From positions 15,687 through 79,686 of the forward strand of contig JBHIFL010000004.1 of assembly GCA_046761065.1 (NCBI GenBank): 64,000 bases of DNA. The letters are read 5' to 3'. Each line of letters starts with the position of its first letter. Position 1 is the first letter of the stretch. The stretch is from Candidatus Heimdallarchaeota archaeon. GTDB lineage: Archaea; Asgardarchaeota; Wukongarchaeia; Wukongarchaeales; JBHIFL01. Position numbers and translations under genes: made by a program. Positions 59,948 to 64,000 of the stretch are shown one piece after another. Under the pieces are notes generated by a model that did no database searches, was not told where the DNA came from, and saw only the letters and a list, made by a program, of their open reading frames with translations.

Positions 59948-60724
59948 TTATGAGTTGTCATAAATTAGGACATCCATTAAATCTGGGGGGAGTCCATGTT
60001 CTTCTAATAATTTTTTCGCAGGATCCCTGACTTTCAGCTGTTCTACGGTTTCTCGGCCTAATGTATAGTAAACTACAACAAGATAGATTGAGACAATCAG
60101 AGTGGTTGGGACATACCCAATCCACACACTCCCTAAGATCCAGACAAGCCCTCCCCATACATACCCATAAACAATATATGGATAGCGATCGATTAACACG
60201 TGATAGATGAACATCCAATCCCCCCAATCCGGAAGGAAATAGAAGAACACTGAAACAAAAAGCCAAGCATATAGTAAACTTCCAGGGAGCTGGAGCAGAA
60301 GCAAGTCGAACCGCTCAATAGAAAGGAACAACTCGGAAGAAAATCCTAGAACCATCAGAACAAAACCATTCAATATAAGAGAAAATAGTGCAATAAACAT
60401 TGCATGTCGCGTCTGAACATGATCGCCAGAGGAAATTAAAAGGGAACGTTCAGCACTGCCGGTTCGAATCCCGAGCCGCACATCGACCTCATAACCGAGA
60501 AATCGAGCCGCAACAACGTGCGCAAGACTATGCAACAGATCCCCGGGTAACAAGAAAAGCCTGATTATCTGTCTTAAGAAGTTGGGAGCTAGGAAAAGTA
60601 AGGCTTCTTTGGTGGCCCAAAGTAGGAGAAATAAAAAGATTATACGTGTAGAATGGAGCATAAATGCGAGTAAGCTCAGCGTAAGATTATTAATGAGGTT
60701 AACTATCTGGTTGAGTGGATTCAC
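59948..60724 (-). CDS. M50B-like membrane protein with degenerate HExxH (HSLAH)
   Basis: LLPGDLLHSLAHVVAARFLG...LPDWGD; paralogue of 47504. Confidence 0.75.
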   Translation of the reverse strand: MNPLNQIVNLINNLTLSLLAFMLHSTRIIFLFLLLWATKEALLFLAPNFLRQIIRLFLLPGDLLHSLAHVVAARFLGYEVDVRLGIRTGSAERSLLISSGDHVQTRHAMFIALFSLILNGFVLMVLGFSSELFLSIERFDLLLLQLPGSLLYAWLFVSVFFYFLPDWGDWMFIYHVLIDRYPYIVYGYVWGGLVWILGSVWIGYVPTTLIVSIYLVVVYYTLGRETVEQLKVRDPAKKLLEEHGLPPDLMDVLIYDNS

Positions 60725-60825
60725 TTTTGTCCCTCACATATTATTTGTGGTATGCTAAATAATCCTTAGCAGATGGTTCCAAAAGGCTCCTTGCCATTCT
60801 AATTTTAAAGATCTAAAATGGTTCT

Positions 60826-61542
60826 ATGAATTCGCTTCAAAGAATACAAACTGCAGTTGTCATGGAGGAGGATTGGTTCTTGTATCACCTTCCAACGGAA
60901 GAACGAGGGCAGAAAGCCCCTAATTTGTCAAAGGCTATTCTAAAAAAACTTATCTCGGTTGAAGAGTTGTTAGAGACGATAAAGACGAAAATTGGTGAAC
61001 GTTTACAGAAGCGAATCCTAGCGAAGCTGCCAATTGCAGAAGCGGTCATTAGACAACAGTCAGGCACGAAACACCTGAGAGAGAGTACGAGAATGCGAAT
61101 TCTTTTAGCAATCTTGGGGACAGAAGTTTTGCCAGGGAGGTATTCGGAAATTCTTCAACAAACTCCTTATCAAGAAAATGAGATCTATAGCTATCGTAAA
61201 AGCCTCATCCTTCAGGGAGTGATACCAAACCGCTTTGTTAATAGGAAACGGGAATTTTTAGACCAAGCATTCCAGAAAATTGCAGAAGCTGACATCGATT
61301 TAGCTCTGAAAGGCACTGCGGTAAAAATCCTTACACGAATTACCCAACGTCCGTATGTTCCAAGTGTCAAATCCAGTAATGTTCTAGCTGCAATTGCATT
61401 AAAAGCCGCGGCTGAAATGACTAGATATGAGATCTCAACCATCAAGATTTGTAAGGCTGTTGGGAGCAGTTATATACCGCAAAACAAAGTAAAGGAATTC
61501 CTAAAAAGGATAAAGTGCCAGATCAGGAATAATCGTATTTAG
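60826..61542 (+). CDS. Divergent TFB cyclin-fold paralogue lacking the Zn ribbon
   Basis: Aligns by eye with the middle of 57846: STRMRILLA/STKIRIFLA, RKREFLDQA/RKSDFIDNA, VLAAIAL/TLAAAAL, VGSSYIP/VGASYIP. Confidence 0.75.
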   Translation: MNSLQRIQTAVVMEEDWFLYHLPTEERGQKAPNLSKAILKKLISVEELLETIKTKIGERLQKRILAKLPIAEAVIRQQSGTKHLRESTRMRILLAILGTEVLPGRYSEILQQTPYQENEIYSYRKSLILQGVIPNRFVNRKREFLDQAFQKIAEADIDLALKGTAVKILTRITQRPYVPSVKSSNVLAAIALKAAAEMTRYEISTIKICKAVGSSYIPQNKVKEFLKRIKCQIRNNRI

Positions 61543-61643
61543 AAATGTGATTGTGAACACCTTCATCCTGTAGAAATGTTAGACATTATTTTTATCATGA
61601 TGTTCGTTTAGACTCACAAAGTCTCCATAAAATTGGTATTTAG

Positions 61644-63998
61644 TTATTGGTTCACAAATGGGCTATTCAACAATGTAAAGATTTTCCTGCTTTTTTCTTT
61701 GCCAATACCAGGAGTTGTTTGTAATTCCTCTTCACTCAGTGAAAAGACTTTGAGTGGAGTTCGATAACTTGCAAGAAGTCGTTTGGCGAGCAGGTCGCTC
61801 ACCCCTGGAAGGCTGGCAACCAAGTTTTCTTGTTGCTTGCTCAAGTCAATTGGTTCTTTCGTCATCTGTTGATGTTCCACAAGTACCCTGAGCAATCGCT
61901 TCGTTTCCTGAGGTGAAGCAGAAGGGACCAATGAGATCCCAAGATCCAATATAATTGACCAAAGAGTCTTGAGAATAGCCCTGGTATGGATTTTGACGTG
62001 TTTGAACACCTCATGGGAAAGGGTCCCCTCGAGGATTACAACGCTTTTATTATACTGTTTAGACGCATTAAGCAACTTAGGTAATAAAGTTCCTCCAGCA
62101 AGTTCTTTAACCAGCTCAGGAAATCCAAACCGAAAAATTGCGACGTCATCTATCACAAAACTAGGACCTCCCAACACTGTAATCTTGGGTGATTTCCTAC
62201 CATACCGGATTGCCGTAAAACTTGGGGCTTCGCGAGGGTCAATTTTTACTAATATACCAGCTTTCAAGGGTGTCCGATTGGCAGTGGCCATCGGCTTTTG
62301 ATCCTGCGGTAACTGCTGTTGTATCTCCTTCTGAGGTGATTGTTGAGAAAACTCTACTTCGGGACGGTTTTTCAAACGTTCAAACGCGTCCTGCATCTTT
62401 CGTTCCTTATCTTTAGAAATCCAATGAAATACTTCGTCTAAGGTATCTTTTGCGATTAAAAAGATGATTTTTCCGTGTTGTTTGCGTAAACGGCCCTTCC
62501 GCTGGACGTGACGAATTACTGAGGCTGTAGAATCATAAAAGATTACCAACTCGCAGCCAACATCCAGACCCTCTTCACCCACATTTGTACTCACTAAAAC
62601 CTGAAATTTCCCAGTCTGAAAGTCTTCAAGGACTTTCTTTCGTTTTGCTTCTGATAGATCTCTCTTACCAACTAAGACCTCTACACGAATCCCTTGTTCT
62701 TGGAGGATTTTTGCTAATTGAAAAACAGTAGTTTTGGATCTCGAAAAGATCATGACAGTTTTTGCCGGTTCAGCCTCTAATATTCGAAGAAGTTCTCGAA
62801 CTTTTGGATGTTCGTAGGGGACTGCTGTAGCAAGCTTGATAGCCGTTTGTAGCTGCGGACTATTCACTAACCGTTTATTCGCTTTCGTACTTTCTTTATA
62901 GAGCTTTTGAACAAATTCCAAAAATGCGGTCTTTCCTTGTCGTGAAAACAAATCAAGAGCGTGGTCCAGCTTGATTGCCGCGGCTAAGCGGGAACTCAAA
63001 TTCATGCGAATCTCCCGATTCCCCTCTGTGACAGGAAGCTTTTTCAAGCGATCTAAGGCGGTTAACAAAGTATTCCTGGAGGCGGTTTTGGGGATTTTAA
63101 TTCCTATGAGGTCGTTGTAACGGTTCACGCGATTTAACGCGGTTGCTCGCAGTGAGATTAACTCATCCCTCACTCGGTGCCACAGCTCGGGCAGAGGAAC
63201 AATGATCTGATCGATTTGCGCGTCAACTATGTAGGGTGTTATATCTTGATCTTTCTCTGTTTTGATCTCTATATGTTCAATGCCCAACGAGCTTATGATT
63301 TCAAATAGTTTGGCTTCGGGAATGGTAGCAGAAGCCGCAAGAATTCGAATTGAACCTCTTACATCTTTCACAAAATCCATGATTCGTTGGTATTTTTCCT
63401 GTGCGCCCCGATGCGCCTCATCGATAACCAATAGTCGACATTGCCTAAGATCCACATGGCCATCTCGGAGGTCATTCAATAAAGTTTCAGGGGTACTCAC
63501 AAAAATGTGGGCGCCCCCGTCCCACAGTTTTTTGCGACGTGATGGGTCGGTCTTGCCCGTCACAGAGAGGATTTGGGATGACTTGAAGGTTGTCTTTTCA
63601 CGGAAAAAGTTAAGATGTTGCTCAATAAGGGCCAAGGTCGGTGCTAATATAATTGTGAATCCGTCGGAAGAGTTTTGAAGGGCGTGAACCGTTGCGAGGA
63701 GAAATAAAATCGTCTTACCAGTTCCTATGGGAGCAACAACAAGGCTATTATACTTCACAATGTTACTAAGAATGAGGGCCTGATAGGTTCGACCTTCCAC
63801 TACCTTATCTTTTAGCAATGGATGTATAAGATATTCAGATTCTGGATGCTTTATCTGTTTGGCAGCCACTTCTCCCACTTTCAATGCTAGTTCACCTTTC
63901 TCTTTAAAATCTTCAAAGATTGAATAAGCCAGTCCGCTATTGATTGTAACATTACTTTGTATAGAAATGATAGATCTTACCATATGATTCAAGTTCAT
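61644..63998 (-). CDS. hef: Hef/FANCM-like helicase with degenerate ERCC4 domain and HhH2 (may extend beyond the window edge)
   Basis: HPLL, R.YQ, PIGTGKT, DEAH, SAT, HPK, GEEGLD, QRKGR; C-terminal IDPRE...VILEG, LPGVS, PGIGKEK. Confidence 0.9.
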   Translation of the reverse strand: MNLNHMVRSIISIQSNVTINSGLAYSIFEDFKEKGELALKVGEVAAKQIKHPESEYLIHPLLKDKVVEGRTYQALILSNIVKYNSLVVAPIGTGKTILFLLATVHALQNSSDGFTIILAPTLALIEQHLNFFREKTTFKSSQILSVTGKTDPSRRKKLWDGGAHIFVSTPETLLNDLRDGHVDLRQCRLLVIDEAHRGAQEKYQRIMDFVKDVRGSIRILAASATIPEAKLFEIISSLGIEHIEIKTEKDQDITPYIVDAQIDQIIVPLPELWHRVRDELISLRATALNRVNRYNDLIGIKIPKTASRNTLLTALDRLKKLPVTEGNREIRMNLSSRLAAAIKLDHALDLFSRQGKTAFLEFVQKLYKESTKANKRLVNSPQLQTAIKLATAVPYEHPKVRELLRILEAEPAKTVMIFSRSKTTVFQLAKILQEQGIRVEVLVGKRDLSEAKRKKVLEDFQTGKFQVLVSTNVGEEGLDVGCELVIFYDSTASVIRHVQRKGRLRKQHGKIIFLIAKDTLDEVFHWISKDKERKMQDAFERLKNRPEVEFSQQSPQKEIQQQLPQDQKPMATANRTPLKAGILVKIDPREAPSFTAIRYGRKSPKITVLGGPSFVIDDVAIFRFGFPELVKELAGGTLLPKLLNASKQYNKSVVILEGTLSHEVFKHVKIHTRAILKTLWSIILDLGISLVPSASPQETKRLLRVLVEHQQMTKEPIDLSKQQENLVASLPGVSDLLAKRLLASYRTPLKVFSLSEEELQTTPGIGKEKSRKIFTLLNSPFVNQ

Positions 63999-64000
63999 CA

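Noticed and set aside
1-64000. Genome-wide stop-codon reassignment
   Set aside because: Interrupting stops are of different types (TGA, TAA, TAG), and intact genes such as radA and lipA end normally in TAG.

Overview
Gene-dense chromosomal segment that is almost certainly from an Asgard archaeon, most likely Heimdallarchaeia/Hodarchaeales-like. This is inferred from nine small-GTPase-fold genes, roadblock and longin domains, and archaeal RadA, Hel308, Hef and TFB-like genes. About 0-41 kb is a eukaryote-signature signalling region: three intact Rab-like GTPases, one TAG-interrupted pseudo-GTPase, five Rag/Gtr-like GTPases, roadblock, longin/uDENN-like and SNAP-like proteins, and a 2321-aa single-pass surface protein, mixed with housekeeping genes (NTP-sugar transferase, LLM oxidoreductase, lipA and a lipoate ligase, GNAT). 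About 41-64 kb holds DNA repair genes (XPD-family helicase, radA, Hel308-like with a SWIM finger, Hef with a dead nuclease), membrane and surface proteins, and two divergent TFB-like paralogues. Four leads stand out. (1) A TFB-like protein fused to a catalytically gutted IS110 coiled-coil/Nop-like RNA-binding lobe, a candidate RNA-guided transcription factor. (2) A CRISPR-less RAMP module (Cas7-like fragment, Cas5-like/HD fusion, GGDEF-like palm protein) with a candidate structured ncRNA inside it. (3) A giant receptor whose cytoplasmic longin domain carries a folliculin/SMCR8-type ARG motif, flanked by Rag-like GTPases. (4) A CENP-N/Chl4-like protein translationally coupled to a Rab-like GTPase. 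No rRNA, tRNA or CRISPR array was seen. All family calls are by-eye motif recognition with reference motifs recalled from memory; no searches were run.
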